Assembly: GCA_050998695.1 (NCBI GenBank)
Contig: JBPCPX010000157.1
Coordinates: 1 to 43,310 of the forward strand
Reading direction: 5' to 3'
Length of the DNA: 43,310 nt
Origin: Actinomycetota bacterium
Lineage (GTDB): Bacteria; Actinomycetota; UBA4738; HRBIN12
The position numbers were made by a program, and so were the translations under genes. Under the pieces are notes generated by a model. The model saw nothing but the letters and a program-made list of their open reading frames with translations. It searched no databases and had not been told where the DNA came from. Positions 27,878-38,218 of the stretch are shown here, one piece after another. How positions within the stretch are numbered: position 1 is the stretch's first letter; every line of letters begins with the position of its first letter.

Positions 27878-28473
27878 CCCGTCGTCGGTTCGACCGGCTG
27901 GTACGTCGCGATCACCACACCGGTCGTCGTCGTCTTCGTATCGACGAGGCGGAGATCGGCAGAAGAACCCCCGTCGCTGAAGAGGCGTCGTCCCGTTCCC
28001 AGCACCAACGGATGGATCAGGAGCACGTACTCGTCGACGAGGTTGGCCCGCATCAAGGACTGGACCAGCTCCCCGCTGCCGAGCACCACGAGATCGTTGT
28101 CCGGCTGCTCCTTGAGCTCGGCTACGGCTTCCATCGCGTCACCCCGGAGGAGGGTGGAGTTGCTCCACGGGAGCGGCTCCTCGAGCGTCCTGGATGCCAC
28201 GTACTTCTGGCGGTTGTTCAGCACCGCGGCGAAGGGGTTGTCGTCCGGCTGCGTGGGCCAGAAGGAGACGAACTGCTCGTAGGTTCGGCGACCGAACAGC
28301 ATGGCCCCGTCCTTGGCCATCCCCTCGGCCGCCACGTCGCCCATGACCTGATCGAAGTAGGGCGCCGCCCATCCGCCACGCTCGAACTCGCCGCGGCGGT
28401 CCTCGTCGGGGGCGGCCGGTGACTGCATCACGCCGTCGAGCGTCAGGTTCGTGTTCACCACCAGCTCGCTCAT
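27874..28473 (-). CDS. Dihydrofolate-reductase-like (RibD C-terminal) protein
   Basis: TLDGVMQSP, LFGRRTYE, KYVASRTL, GSGELVQSL, LVDEY.L.IHP.VLG.G.RLF. Confidence 0.9.
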   Translation of the reverse strand: MSELVVNTNLTLDGVMQSPAAPDEDRRGEFERGGWAAPYFDQVMGDVAAEGMAKDGAMLFGRRTYEQFVSFWPTQPDDNPFAAVLNNRQKYVASRTLEEPLPWSNSTLLRGDAMEAVAELKEQPDNDLVVLGSGELVQSLMRANLVDEYVLLIHPLVLGTGRRLFSDGGSSADLRLVDTKTTTTGVVIATYQPVEPTTG

Positions 28474-29414
28474 CGACGAGACCCCTCATCGCTCAGCAGG
28501 TCATCGATCTCGGCGAACTCGTCGGCGCCGAGCCGCCAGGCCTCGACCGCCTCCGCGTTCTCACGGAGCTGGTCGGGGCTGGTCGCGCCGGCGATCACGG
28601 TCGCGATCTCCGGCTGCGACGCCAGCCAGGACATCGCGAGCTCGAGGATCGTGCGACCGTGCTCCTTCGCGAACGCGGTCAGCCGCTCGACGACGTCGAA
28701 ACGCTCGTCGGTCAGGAACTCAGCCCAACCGTCACGGCCCGCCATCCGGGTGCCCGGCGGCGGGGGTTGACCTCGCCGGTATTTCCCGGTCAGCAGACCC
28801 GACGCGAGCGGGAAGTACGGCATGAAGCTGAGGCCCAGGCGGCGACAGGCCGGAAGCACCTCCTCGCGCGCTTCGCGTGCGAGCATGCTGTACTCGTTCT
28901 GCACCGTGACGAGCCGGCGGACGCCCTTCTCCTTCGCCGCCTCCTCCGCTTCGTCGAGCTGCTCGGCGGAGAAGTTCGAACAGCCGATCTCGCGAACCTT
29001 CCCCTCGTCGACGAGGCGGGACATCGCCGCGAGCGTGTCGGCGACCGGCGTGGAGTCGTCGGGCGTGTGGATCAGGTAGACGTCGATCCGGTCGGTCCCG
29101 AGGCGGGTGAGGCTGTCCTCGCACGCCCGCACCACCCACACGGGGTCGCCACCGCTCAGGCCGTCCGGCGGCGTCCGCATCCCGAACTTCGAGACGATCA
29201 CCGCCTCGTCGCGACGCCGTCCCAGCGCCTTGCCGAGGAACTCCTCGGAGCGCCCGTCGCCGTAGAGGTCGGCGGTGTCGAAGAGCGTGGCGCCCACCTC
29301 GAAGGCCGCGTCCACGACCTTGCGGGTTCGATCCTCGTCGATCCGCCGACCGAAGTTGTTGCAGCCCACGCCGGCTAACGGCACGGGGATCGCACCGATC
29401 GAGCGTGTCTCCAT
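28470..29414 (-). CDS. Aldo/keto reductase
   Basis: GCNNFG, FDTADLYG, SKFG, DVYLIH, GKVREIGCSN, QNEYS, PYFPLASGLLTGKY. Confidence 0.95.
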   Translation of the reverse strand: METRSIGAIPVPLAGVGCNNFGRRIDEDRTRKVVDAAFEVGATLFDTADLYGDGRSEEFLGKALGRRRDEAVIVSKFGMRTPPDGLSGGDPVWVVRACEDSLTRLGTDRIDVYLIHTPDDSTPVADTLAAMSRLVDEGKVREIGCSNFSAEQLDEAEEAAKEKGVRRLVTVQNEYSMLAREAREEVLPACRRLGLSFMPYFPLASGLLTGKYRRGQPPPPGTRMAGRDGWAEFLTDERFDVVERLTAFAKEHGRTILELAMSWLASQPEIATVIAGATSPDQLRENAEAVEAWRLGADEFAEIDDLLSDEGSRR

Positions 29415-29423
29415 CGAGCCAGG

Positions 29424-31031
29424 CTACGACTCGACCGCGGCGCGGGGATGAAGCAAGCCGAACAGGTAGGCGTCGGTGAGCGCTTCCCACGACGCCTCGA
29501 TGATGTTCTCGCTCACGCCGACCGTGGTCCACGATCGTTCGCCGTTGGACGAATCGATCAGCACACGGACCACGGCGCCGGTTCCGTGCGTCTCGGCCAG
29601 GACGCGCACGCGGTAGTCCTCGAGCTCGATCTGCCGGAGCTCCGGGTAGTCGTTCGTGAGCGCCTTGCGCAACGCGTCGTCGAGGGCACCAACGGGGCCA
29701 TGGCCTTCGGCCGATTCGATGTGCCGCGAGCCCTTCGTGCGCACCTTGACGGTGGCCTCCGCGAGCGGCGACTCGCCGTCGCCGATCCGCTCCTCGACGT
29801 GCACTCGGTAGCTGTCGATCTCGAAGAACGGCTGCGTCCATCCCGACGCACGACGCATCAAGAGCTCGAGCGAGGCGTCCGCGAGCTCGAAGGTGTAGCC
29901 GCGCGCCTCGCGTTCCTTCAGCTCGTCGAGGATCGCCGGCACGGCGGTATCGGCGACGTCGAGCTCGAACTCGGTCGCCTTCATCTTCAGTGTCGCGGCG
30001 CCGCCGAGGTCGGAGGCGACCACGCCACGCCTGTTGCCGACGGCGGCCGGCGCGACGTGCTCGTACGCCTCGCTGAACCGGGCGACGCCGCTGGCGTGCA
30101 GCCCGGCCTTGTGGGTGAAGGCGAATCGACCGGCGTAGGGCTGGCGCGAGTCGGGGGCGACGTTGGCCACCTCGGCGACGTAGTGCGCCAGCTCCGTCAG
30201 ATGTTCGACGGCGCCCTCGGGGAGGCAATCGGCGTCCATCTTCAAGATGAGATTGGCCGCGATCGGCACGATGTCGGCATTGCCGGTCCGCTCGCCGTAG
30301 CCGTTCACCACGCCCTGGACCTGCAGGACGCCGGCTTCGACGGCCGCGAGCGCGGAGGCGACCGCGCACCCCGTGTCGTTGTGTGTGTGGATCCCGAGCG
30401 GGATGTTGTCCACGCGTTCCCGGACCTCGCCGACGATCCGCGCGACCTCCGAGGGAAGCGTGCCGCCGTTCGTATCGCAGAGCACCAGCCGCTCGGCTCC
30501 TTCCTCGGCGGCGGCCTCCAGCACCCGGAAGGCGAAGTCACTGTTCCCCAGGTAGCCGTCGAAGAAGTGCTCGGCGTCGAAGAACACCCGGCGCCCCTGG
30601 CCGCGGAGATGCCTGACCGTGTCGCGGACCATCGCGATGCCCTCGTCGAGATCGGCCCGAAGCGCCTTCTCGACGTGCACGTCCCAGCTCTTGCCGACGA
30701 AGCACACGGTCTCGGTGCCTGCGTCGAGGAGATCACGAAGGATGGCGCTCTCCTCCGCCTTCTCCCCCGCCCGCCGGGTCATCCCGAAGGCGACGAGCTC
30801 GGCGTGGGCGAGCTTCTCCTTGCTGGCCAGACGGAAGAACTCCGTGTCGCGAGGGTTGGCGCCGGGCCAGCCGCCCTCGACGTACGGCAGACCCATCTGG
30901 TCGAGCTTGTGGAGGATCCGCATGCGGTCCTCGACCGAGTACGACAGGCCCGGTGCCTGGGCGCCGTCGCGCAGGGTCGTGTCGTAGAGCTCGACCTTCG
31001 GGCCGCGGCCGGCGGTTGCGGAGCGGGTCAT
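29424..31031 (-). CDS. cimA: Citramalate synthase
   Basis: YDTTLRDGAQ, EGGWPGANP, GKSW..HV, FDAEHFFDG, LCDTNGG, HTHND, AFTHKAGLH, WTTVGVSENIIEASW. Confidence 0.93.
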   Translation of the reverse strand: MTRSATAGRGPKVELYDTTLRDGAQAPGLSYSVEDRMRILHKLDQMGLPYVEGGWPGANPRDTEFFRLASKEKLAHAELVAFGMTRRAGEKAEESAILRDLLDAGTETVCFVGKSWDVHVEKALRADLDEGIAMVRDTVRHLRGQGRRVFFDAEHFFDGYLGNSDFAFRVLEAAAEEGAERLVLCDTNGGTLPSEVARIVGEVRERVDNIPLGIHTHNDTGCAVASALAAVEAGVLQVQGVVNGYGERTGNADIVPIAANLILKMDADCLPEGAVEHLTELAHYVAEVANVAPDSRQPYAGRFAFTHKAGLHASGVARFSEAYEHVAPAAVGNRRGVVASDLGGAATLKMKATEFELDVADTAVPAILDELKEREARGYTFELADASLELLMRRASGWTQPFFEIDSYRVHVEERIGDGESPLAEATVKVRTKGSRHIESAEGHGPVGALDDALRKALTNDYPELRQIELEDYRVRVLAETHGTGAVVRVLIDSSNGERSWTTVGVSENIIEASWEALTDAYLFGLLHPRAAVES

Positions 31032-32131
31032 CCCGCGGCCGCCTCGAGGACGAGGTCGCCGACCTCGCCGGTCGAGTAGCCCATCTCGCCTGCTCGCATC
31101 GACGCGAGCTTGGTGCAGGCGGATCGGATCCCGGCGTCGACACGCGCCGCCGCGCCGCCCTCGCCGAGTTGCGACAGCAGCATCCCGGTGGCGCCGATCG
31201 CCGCGAGCGGGTTGATCGTGCCCTTGCCGGTCTCCGACGGGGCGGTCCCGCCGATCGGCTCGAACATCGACACGCCGATCGGGTTGATGTTCCCCCCCGC
31301 CGCGATGCCCATCCCGCCCTGGATCATCGCGCCGAGGTCCGTGATGATGTCGCCGAACATGTTGTCGGTGACGATCACGTCGAACCGCGACGGGTCGTCG
31401 AGGAAGTAGATGCAGGCCGCGTCGACGTGCACGTAGTCGGTCATGACGTCCGGATACTCGGCCGCGACCTCGTTGACCACCCGCTGGTACAGGTCGCCCG
31501 CGAACGTCAGCACGTTGGTCTTGTGGACGAGCGTCAGCTTCCGGCGCCTGCCCGGCTGCATCGCGAGGTCGAACGAGTACCGCACGATCCGCTCGACGCC
31601 GTGGCGCGTGTTGACGGAGGACTGGACCGCGACCTCGTGACGCGTGGCCTTGCGGTGGAACCCGCCGACCCCGCTGTAGAGCCCTTCGGAGTTCTCGCGG
31701 ACCACGACCATGTTCACGTCGTCCTCGGTATGAGACGGCACCAGCGTCTGCACACCCGGGTACCGGATCACTGGACGGAGGTTCACGAACTGGTCGAGCT
31801 CGAAACGGATCCGCAGCAGGAGGTCGCGCTCGAGGATGCCCGGCGGCACGCGGGGGTCGCCCACGGCCCCGAGCAGGATCGCGTGGGTCTCCCCGAGGGC
31901 CTCGAGGTCCGCATCCGGGAGGGTCTCCCCCGTTCGCAGGTACCGCTCGGCGCCGAGGTCGAAGTCGATCAGCTCCACCTCGAATCCCTCGCGGACAGAC
32001 TCGAGGACCTTCAGGGCCTCCGCGATCACCTCGGGTCCCGTTCCGTCGCCCCGGATCACGCCGATCCTGTACGGACGCGGACCTGCGTCGAGTCGCTCGG
32101 GCCGTGTCTGCGTGGCGACCGTGGCACTCAC
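31028..32131 (-). CDS. leuB: 3-isopropylmalate dehydrogenase
   Basis: GDGTGPEV, LLGAVGDP, NLRP, RENSEGLY, HKTNV, NMFGDIITD, EPIGGTAP. Confidence 0.92.
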   Translation of the reverse strand: MSATVATQTRPERLDAGPRPYRIGVIRGDGTGPEVIAEALKVLESVREGFEVELIDFDLGAERYLRTGETLPDADLEALGETHAILLGAVGDPRVPPGILERDLLLRIRFELDQFVNLRPVIRYPGVQTLVPSHTEDDVNMVVVRENSEGLYSGVGGFHRKATRHEVAVQSSVNTRHGVERIVRYSFDLAMQPGRRRKLTLVHKTNVLTFAGDLYQRVVNEVAAEYPDVMTDYVHVDAACIYFLDDPSRFDVIVTDNMFGDIITDLGAMIQGGMGIAAGGNINPIGVSMFEPIGGTAPSETGKGTINPLAAIGATGMLLSQLGEGGAAARVDAGIRSACTKLASMRAGEMGYSTGEVGDLVLEAAAG

Positions 32132-33699
32132 GGTGTGACCTCGTTCTCGCTTCTGGCGGTCTCCATCGTGTCGGTTCCGCCCGCCGCCGCCGCGAACGCC
32201 GCCGCCCGGTTGATCGCGGCCAGGTACGCCCGGGCGCTCGCCTCGACCACGTCGGTCGCGACACCCCGGCCGGTCACGTGCCGCCCGTCGATCTCGAGCT
32301 GCACCACGACGTCTCCTAAGGCATCGGAACCCCCGGTGACGCTCGAGACGTTGAACGTGATCAGCGTCGCCTCGACACCCGCCGCGCGCTGGATCGCGCC
32401 GCAGGCGGCGTCGATCATCCCGTCACCCATCGCGGACTCCTCGATCACCTCGTCGCCCTTGCGGAGCCGGACCGTCGCGGTCGGCGCGAGGTGGGTGCCG
32501 CCGCCCGAGGCCAGGGACTCGAGGACGAGAAGATCCTCCTTCCCGGAGCCGACCTCTTCCATCACGATCGCGGCGAGGTCCTGGTCCGTGATCTGGATCT
32601 TCCGGTCGGCGAGCTCCTTGAAGCGCGCGAACGCCCGGTTCATGTGATCGGGGTCGACCGAGATGCCGACCTTCTCGAGCGCGTCGGCGAACGCGTGCCG
32701 CCCCGAGTGCTTGCCGAGGACGATCTGGTTGCCCTCGAGGCCGATCTCGATCGGATCCATGATCTCGTAGGTCGCCCGGTTGGCCAGCACGCCGTGCTGG
32801 TGGATGCCGCTCTCGTGCGCGAACGCGCTCGCGCCGACGACCGCCTTGTTCGGCTGCACGGAGTAGCCGGTGAGCGAGGACACGAGCCGTGAGGTCCTCA
32901 CGATCTCCTTCAGATGCAGCCCGTGCTGCACACCGAGGGACTCTCCGCGCGTCCGCACGATCATCGCGATCTCCTCGAGCGAGCAGTTGCCGGCTCGCTC
33001 GCCGATCCCGTTGACCGCCACCTCGACCTGGCGCGCCCCGTTCTCGACCCCCGCGAGGGAGTTGGCGACCGCGAGGCCCAGGTCGTTGTGGCAGTGGGTG
33101 GAGATGATCACGTGATCCGGGGTGCGCTCTCGGACGATCCGGACGAGCTCGCCGAACTCCGCCGGCGTCGCGTACCCGACCGTGTCGGGCACGTTGATCG
33201 TCGTCGCGCCGGCCTTGACCGCCACGTCGAAGCACGCGAGCAGGTAGTCGAGCTCCGTCCGCGTCGCATCCTGCGCACTGAACTCGACGTCGTCCGTGTA
33301 TCCGGCGGCGAGACGCGTGCCCTCTTCGATCGCGTCCAGCACCTGCTGCCGCGACATCCGGAGCATGTCCTCCATGTGGATCTGCGAGGTCGAGATGAAC
33401 ACGTGGATCCGGAAACGGTCGGCGCCCTTCAGGGCCGCCGCCGCGCGCTCGATGTCGCCGGGGACCACGCGAGCGAGCGAGGCGATGACCGGTCCCTTCA
33501 CGCTGGTCGCGATCTCACGCACGGCGTCGAACTCGCCGTCCGAGGAGATCGCGAACCCCGCCTCCAGGATGTCCACGTGCAGGCGAGCGAGCTGCTCGGC
33601 GATCTCAACCTTCTCGTCCTTGGTGAGCGCGATGCCGGGAGCCTGCTCCCCGTCCCGCAGGGTGGTGTCGAAGAACCGGACTACATCGGGGTCGCTCAT
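32128..33699 (-). CDS. leuA: 2-isopropylmalate synthase
   Basis: [54 protein letters not shown], regulatory domain present. Confidence 0.95.
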   Translation of the reverse strand: MSDPDVVRFFDTTLRDGEQAPGIALTKDEKVEIAEQLARLHVDILEAGFAISSDGEFDAVREIATSVKGPVIASLARVVPGDIERAAAALKGADRFRIHVFISTSQIHMEDMLRMSRQQVLDAIEEGTRLAAGYTDDVEFSAQDATRTELDYLLACFDVAVKAGATTINVPDTVGYATPAEFGELVRIVRERTPDHVIISTHCHNDLGLAVANSLAGVENGARQVEVAVNGIGERAGNCSLEEIAMIVRTRGESLGVQHGLHLKEIVRTSRLVSSLTGYSVQPNKAVVGASAFAHESGIHQHGVLANRATYEIMDPIEIGLEGNQIVLGKHSGRHAFADALEKVGISVDPDHMNRAFARFKELADRKIQITDQDLAAIVMEEVGSGKEDLLVLESLASGGGTHLAPTATVRLRKGDEVIEESAMGDGMIDAACGAIQRAAGVEATLITFNVSSVTGGSDALGDVVVQLEIDGRHVTGRGVATDVVEASARAYLAAINRAAAFAAAAGGTDTMETARSENEVTP

Positions 33700-34709
33700 G
33701 ACGGCGGCACCTTCTCTTCGCTCCGCAGCCACGGCATCATCTTGCGGAGCTCACGCCCCACGTCCTCGATCTGGGACGAGCGCGCCTCGCGCCGTTTCGC
33801 CAGGAACTCGTCGAAGCCACCGTCCGCCTCCGCGATCCAGCGCTTCGCGAACGTCCCGTCCTGGATCTCCGACAGCACACGGTGCATCGTCTCGCGCGTC
33901 CGCTCGTCGACGACGCGAGGACCGCTCGTGTAGTCGCCCCACTCCGCAGTGTCCGAGATCGAGTACCGCATCCAAGAGAGGCCACCCTCGTAGACCAGGT
34001 CGACGATCAGCTTCATCTCGTGCAGGCACTCGAAGTACGCGATCTCCGGCTGGTAGCCGGCCTCGACCAGGGTGTCGAACCCCGAGCGGATGAGCTCGGA
34101 GATGCCACCGCAGAGCACCATCTGCTCGCCGAAGAGATCGGTCTCGGTCTCCTCCTTGAAGCTGGTCTCGATGATGCCGGCGCGAGCCGCGCCGATGCCG
34201 GCACCGTAGGCGAGCGCCCGCTGCAAGGCCCTGCCGGTCGCGTCCTGCTGCACCGCGACGAGCGCCGGGGTCCCGTTGCCCTCCTCGTAGGTCCGGCGCA
34301 CCAGGTGCCCCGGCCCCTTGGGCGCGATCATCGTCACGTCGACCTCGGCCGGGGCCTTGACCGTGCCGAAATGGATCGAGAAGCCGTGCGCGAACATCAA
34401 CATGTCGCCGGCGTGCAGGTGGGGGGCGACCTCCTCGGCGTAGACCTTCCCGTGCGAGGTGTCCGGGAGCAGCACCATCACGACGTCCGCTTCAGCCACG
34501 GCGTCATCGATGTCGAGCACCCGGAGCCCGGCCTCCTCGGCCTTCGTGCGGCTCGACGAGCCGGGTCGCAGGCCCACGCGCACATCGTGTCCCGAGTCCT
34601 TCAGGTTCCGCGCGTGCGCGTGGCCCTGCGACCCGAACCCGAGGACCGCGATCTTCTGGCCCGCCAGCGCGGATACGTCGGTGTCCTGCTCGTGGTAGAT
34701 CGTCGCCAT
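33696..34709 (-). CDS. ilvC: Ketol-acid reductoisomerase
   Basis: [49 protein letters not shown]. Confidence 0.97.
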   Translation of the reverse strand: MATIYHEQDTDVSALAGQKIAVLGFGSQGHAHARNLKDSGHDVRVGLRPGSSSRTKAEEAGLRVLDIDDAVAEADVVMVLLPDTSHGKVYAEEVAPHLHAGDMLMFAHGFSIHFGTVKAPAEVDVTMIAPKGPGHLVRRTYEEGNGTPALVAVQQDATGRALQRALAYGAGIGAARAGIIETSFKEETETDLFGEQMVLCGGISELIRSGFDTLVEAGYQPEIAYFECLHEMKLIVDLVYEGGLSWMRYSISDTAEWGDYTSGPRVVDERTRETMHRVLSEIQDGTFAKRWIAEADGGFDEFLAKRREARSSQIEDVGRELRKMMPWLRSEEKVPPS

Positions 34710-34763
34710 CTGCGTCCCTTTCGCGGTGTCCGAAGTCTCCTGTTGCGGGCCTTCGCGCGACCG

Positions 34764-35327
34764 CTACACGCCGCCGCCGTCCCAGTCCGACGCGTCCCCG
34801 GCCCCCGCTGCCTTCGCGACCCGGAGCCCGCCCTTCTCCCTGATCCCGCGGTCGCCACGGGCGAGTGCGATCCGGCCCGTCCGCGACAGCTCCACGATCC
34901 CGTACTCGGACAGCAGCTCGCGAAGCGCTTCGAGCTTCTCCGGCTTGCCGGATGCCTCGACGGTGAGCGTCGTCTTCGTCACGTCCACGATGCTCACCCG
35001 GAACACCTCCGCGATCTCCATGATCCGCGCCCTCGCGTCGCCCTTCGCGCGCACCTTCGCGAGCATCAGCTCCCGCTCCACGGCCGTCCCGGGCTCGTGC
35101 TCGAGGATCTTGATCACGTTGATCAGCTTGTTCAGCTGTTTCGTGACCTGCTCCAGGGACTTGGACTCGACGTTCACGACGACCGTCATCCGCGAGAGCC
35201 CCTCGGTCTCGGTCGGGCCGACCGCGAGGGAGTCGATGTTGAACCCACGTGCGGAGAACAGTCCCGCCACCCGTGTCAGGACCCCGGGCTTGTCCTCGAC
35301 CAGGACCGAGAGCGTGTGCAGACTCAT
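34764..35327 (-). CDS. ilvN: Acetolactate synthase small subunit
   Basis: [54 protein letters not shown]. Confidence 0.96.
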   Translation of the reverse strand: MSLHTLSVLVEDKPGVLTRVAGLFSARGFNIDSLAVGPTETEGLSRMTVVVNVESKSLEQVTKQLNKLINVIKILEHEPGTAVERELMLAKVRAKGDARARIMEIAEVFRVSIVDVTKTTLTVEASGKPEKLEALRELLSEYGIVELSRTGRIALARGDRGIREKGGLRVAKAAGAGDASDWDGGGV

Positions 35328-37069
35328 GCGATCGGTGCCTCCGCCGGGTCGGCCTGGGGCCGGAGACCCTCCGGGCCGGTGATGATGTCGTCGTTCGACG
35401 CGCCGGCCGGCACCATCGGGAAGCACATCTCCATGTCGTCGCAGCGGAAGTCGATCACCACGCTGCGGTCGTCCACCGAGAGCGCCTTCTCGATCACCGT
35501 GTCGACGTCCTCGGGACGCTCCGCGCGCAGGCCCACGGCGCCGTACGCCTCGGCGAGCTTCACGTAGTCGGGCACGTCGTAGCCGAGGTGCACCTGGGAG
35601 TACCGCTCCTCGTAGAAGAGCTCCTGCCACTGGCGGACCATGCCGAGGTTCGCGTTGTTGATGATCGCCGTGATGAACGGGATCTTCTCGGTGGTCGAGG
35701 TGGCGAGCTCTTGCGAGGTCATCTGGAAGCAGCCGTCGCCGTCGATCGCGATGACGCGCCGGTCGGGCTGTCCGGCCGCCGCCCCGAGCGCTGCCGGTAC
35801 CGCGAACCCCATGGTGCCGAGGCCACCCGAGTTGATCCATGTCCTGGGCTTCTCGAAGGACCAGAACTGCGACGCCCACATCTGGTGCTGGCCGACACCC
35901 GCCACGACGATCGTGTCGCCGTCCGAGTGAGCGCGCAGCCGCTCGATCGCGTACTGCGGCTTCAAGGGGCCGTCGTCCTGCTGGTCGTAACGAAGCGGAT
36001 GCTGGGCTTTCCACTCGGCGAGCTGGCCTAGCCAGGCGCTCCGGTCCGGGATGCCGGACTCATCCTGGCGGCGGGTGAGCTCCGCGACCAGCTTCGCGGT
36101 CACATCCTTGCAGTCGCCGACGATGGGCACGTCGGCGACGCGGTTCTTCCCGATCTCCGCCGGATCGATGTCGATGTGCACGATCTTCGCGTCGGGAGCG
36201 AACGCCGAGAGCTTGCCGGTCACGCGATCGTCGAACCGAGCGCCGACCGCGACAAGCAGGTCGGCCTTCTGCATCGCCGTCACCGCGGTATAGACGCCGT
36301 GCATCCCCGGCATCCCGAGGCAGAGCTCGTGGGCGTCGGGGAAGGCGCCGCGCGCCATCAGCGTCGTGACGACGGGGAGGTGCCCGGTCGTCGCGAGCTC
36401 GAAGAGCTCCTCGGTGGCGTTCGCCTTGATGACGCCGCCGCCGACGTAGAGGACGGGCCGCTTCGCCTCCATGATCAGCTTGGTGGCCTCGACGATCTGG
36501 CGCATGTTGCCCTTGGTCGTCGGCTTGTAGCCGGGGAGGTCGACGGCGTCCGGCCAGCGCCAGGTGGTCTCGTTCACGAGGACGTCCTTCGGCAGGTCCA
36601 CGAGGACGGGGCCGGGACGGCCGGTCCTCGCGATGTGGAACGCCTCGCGGATCGTCTCCGCGACCTCACCGGGGTCCGTCACGAGGAAGTTGTGCTTGGT
36701 GACCGGCATCGTGATCCCGGTGATGTCGGCCTCCTGGAAGGCGTCGTTGCCGACCACCGGGGTGGGGACCTGACCCGTGATCGCGACGAGCGGGACCGAG
36801 TCCATCTTCGCGTCGGCCAGGGCCGTCACGAGATTGCAGCCGCCGGGGCCGGAGGTTGCCATCGCGACGCCGACCTTGCCGGTCGCCCATGCGTAGCCTT
36901 CGGCCGCGTGTCCGGCTCCCTGCTCATGGCGACAGAGGACGTGGCGGACGGAAGAGTCGATCAGCGGGTCATAGGCCGGAAGGATCGCCCCACCGGGGAT
37001 CCCGAACATGATGTCGACGCCCTCGCCCTCGAGAGCCTTGAACAGCGCCTGAGCGCCGGTGACCTTCAT
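35324..37069 (-). CDS. ilvB: Acetolactate synthase large subunit
   Basis: [48 protein letters not shown] motif. Confidence 0.97.
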   Translation of the reverse strand: MKVTGAQALFKALEGEGVDIMFGIPGGAILPAYDPLIDSSVRHVLCRHEQGAGHAAEGYAWATGKVGVAMATSGPGGCNLVTALADAKMDSVPLVAITGQVPTPVVGNDAFQEADITGITMPVTKHNFLVTDPGEVAETIREAFHIARTGRPGPVLVDLPKDVLVNETTWRWPDAVDLPGYKPTTKGNMRQIVEATKLIMEAKRPVLYVGGGVIKANATEELFELATTGHLPVVTTLMARGAFPDAHELCLGMPGMHGVYTAVTAMQKADLLVAVGARFDDRVTGKLSAFAPDAKIVHIDIDPAEIGKNRVADVPIVGDCKDVTAKLVAELTRRQDESGIPDRSAWLGQLAEWKAQHPLRYDQQDDGPLKPQYAIERLRAHSDGDTIVVAGVGQHQMWASQFWSFEKPRTWINSGGLGTMGFAVPAALGAAAGQPDRRVIAIDGDGCFQMTSQELATSTTEKIPFITAIINNANLGMVRQWQELFYEERYSQVHLGYDVPDYVKLAEAYGAVGLRAERPEDVDTVIEKALSVDDRSVVIDFRCDDMEMCFPMVPAGASNDDIITGPEGLRPQADPAEAPIA

Positions 37070-37368
37070 CCCGCGATCGCTTCCCGCTCGGGATCCTCGA
37101 CCGGTCCGGTCTGGACCCGCTTGACGGTGGCGCCGAGACGGCGAGCCAGGTTGCGACACGCACGCTCGAACTCCCACGGGGTCCAGTCGCGTCGGCGGCT
37201 CTGCAGGTCCTCCCCGCCGAAGCCCGACAGGTAGGTGACCTCCGAGGACAGGTAGCGGTCGACCGCTGCCTTGGTGGCCGGGTCGTTCGTCTCGACGCTC
37301 ACCTGGCCGGGGCCTTCCCACAGCACGCTGGCGATGGTGGCGCCGTCCTTCTCGAATTCGTAGCGCAT
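37066..37368 (-). CDS. Hypothetical protein (100 aa), first cistron of the ilv-leu operon
   Basis: Strong SD GGAGGAGG, clean ORF, ATGA overlap with ilvB. Confidence 0.8.
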   Translation of the reverse strand: MRYEFEKDGATIASVLWEGPGQVSVETNDPATKAAVDRYLSSEVTYLSGFGGEDLQSRRRDWTPWEFERACRNLARRLGATVKRVQTGPVEDPEREAIAG

Positions 37369-37411
37369 CGCTCCTCCTCCTCCTCTTGCGTGATTACTCG
37401 GGCCGGGGCAG

Positions 37412-37436
37412 AAAAAAACCCCCGCGTAGCGGGGGT
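37412..37436 (-). terminator. Attenuator terminator of the ilv-leu leader
   Basis: ACCCCCGC-tac-GCGGGGG followed by a 7-nt U tract on the minus strand. Confidence 0.88.
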
Positions 37437-37474
37437 AGCGGCGCGGGGCGCGGGCCTCTGAGGCCCGGCCGCGC

Positions 37475-37525
37475 CTAGCGGATAAGTACGAGGACGGTGC
37501 TCGGGAAGCTCCTCGCGCTCTTCAT
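37475..37525 (-). CDS. ilv operon leader (attenuator) peptide MKSARSFPSTVLVLIR
   Basis: 16 codons ending V-L-V-L-I-R (GTC CTC GTA CTT ATC), upstream of GC hairpins and the U-tract terminator. Confidence 0.85.
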   Translation of the reverse strand: MKSARSFPSTVLVLIR

Positions 37526-37534
37526 GGTCGGGTC

Positions 37535-37563
37535 AGTCTCGGCGCTCGGCCTGGGAGTGTCAA
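37535..37563 (-). promoter_or_regulatory. Sigma70-type promoter of the ilv-leu operon
   Basis: TTGACA-N17-GAGACT on the minus strand. Confidence 0.65.
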
Positions 37564-37616
37564 CCCCCGTACGGGCGATGGCCCATGCGGTAAGGGGACC
37601 AGATACGATCACCCCA

Positions 37617-37847
37617 ATGGAGTCGTTCCCCGACGAGGGGTCGCCCGTCCCCCGCGTCCATCCCCTCGAATCCCGTTCGTGTGGTTCGCACTCCAGCTCC
37701 TCGAGTTCGGCATCCTGACAGCGCTGTTTCGGCTCTCCCTGCCCCGCGACTGGCCCTGGGCGTCTACTGGGGCGTCTGACCGGTGCTCCTGACCGGTCTC
37801 ACGATCGTCAACTACAGGATCCGGCGCCCGGTTCATCCCACGGTAGG
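37617..37847 (+). pseudogene. Degraded small two-TM membrane protein gene
   Basis: TACGAT -10 lies 7 nt before the ATG. Fragments PFVWFALQLLEFGILTALF / VYWGV* / VLLTGLTIVNYRIRR / RFIPR* sit in different frames. Confidence 0.45.
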
Positions 37848-38218
37848 CACCCGAGCCCGTCATCGGGCGGCACCCGACGTACGCGGACCCGTGGAGATCG
37901 GTTTCCTCGATGATCCGCTGGACGATCTCGGCGGGAGATCCTGCTTCTCCTCCTCGCGCCTCTCGGCCTCCTTGGCTTGTTCCACCTCCACGCGAGCGGC
38001 CTGCCAGGCGGACCAGTGACCCAGCCGTTCGGCTTGCGCATGAACATCGGATCGCCCTGGATGCTCGCCCAAAGGGGACTTGACCACGCTCGCGGGCAGA
38101 CGCATACCCTCCGCCAGGAACTCCCAAGTATCGGAGCGGCGATGTCGACACTTCTCCACACATCTCAACTTCCCGTGAACTCCTCCTTCGACGTTTCGCC
38201 GGAGGAGCCCCGGTGGGC

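Noticed and set aside
29424-32264. 946-aa ORF suggesting an N-terminally extended CimA
   Set aside because: The extension is an off-frame reading of leuB; cimA starts at 31031 with an ATGA overlap. The ilvN and ilvB extensions have the same explanation.
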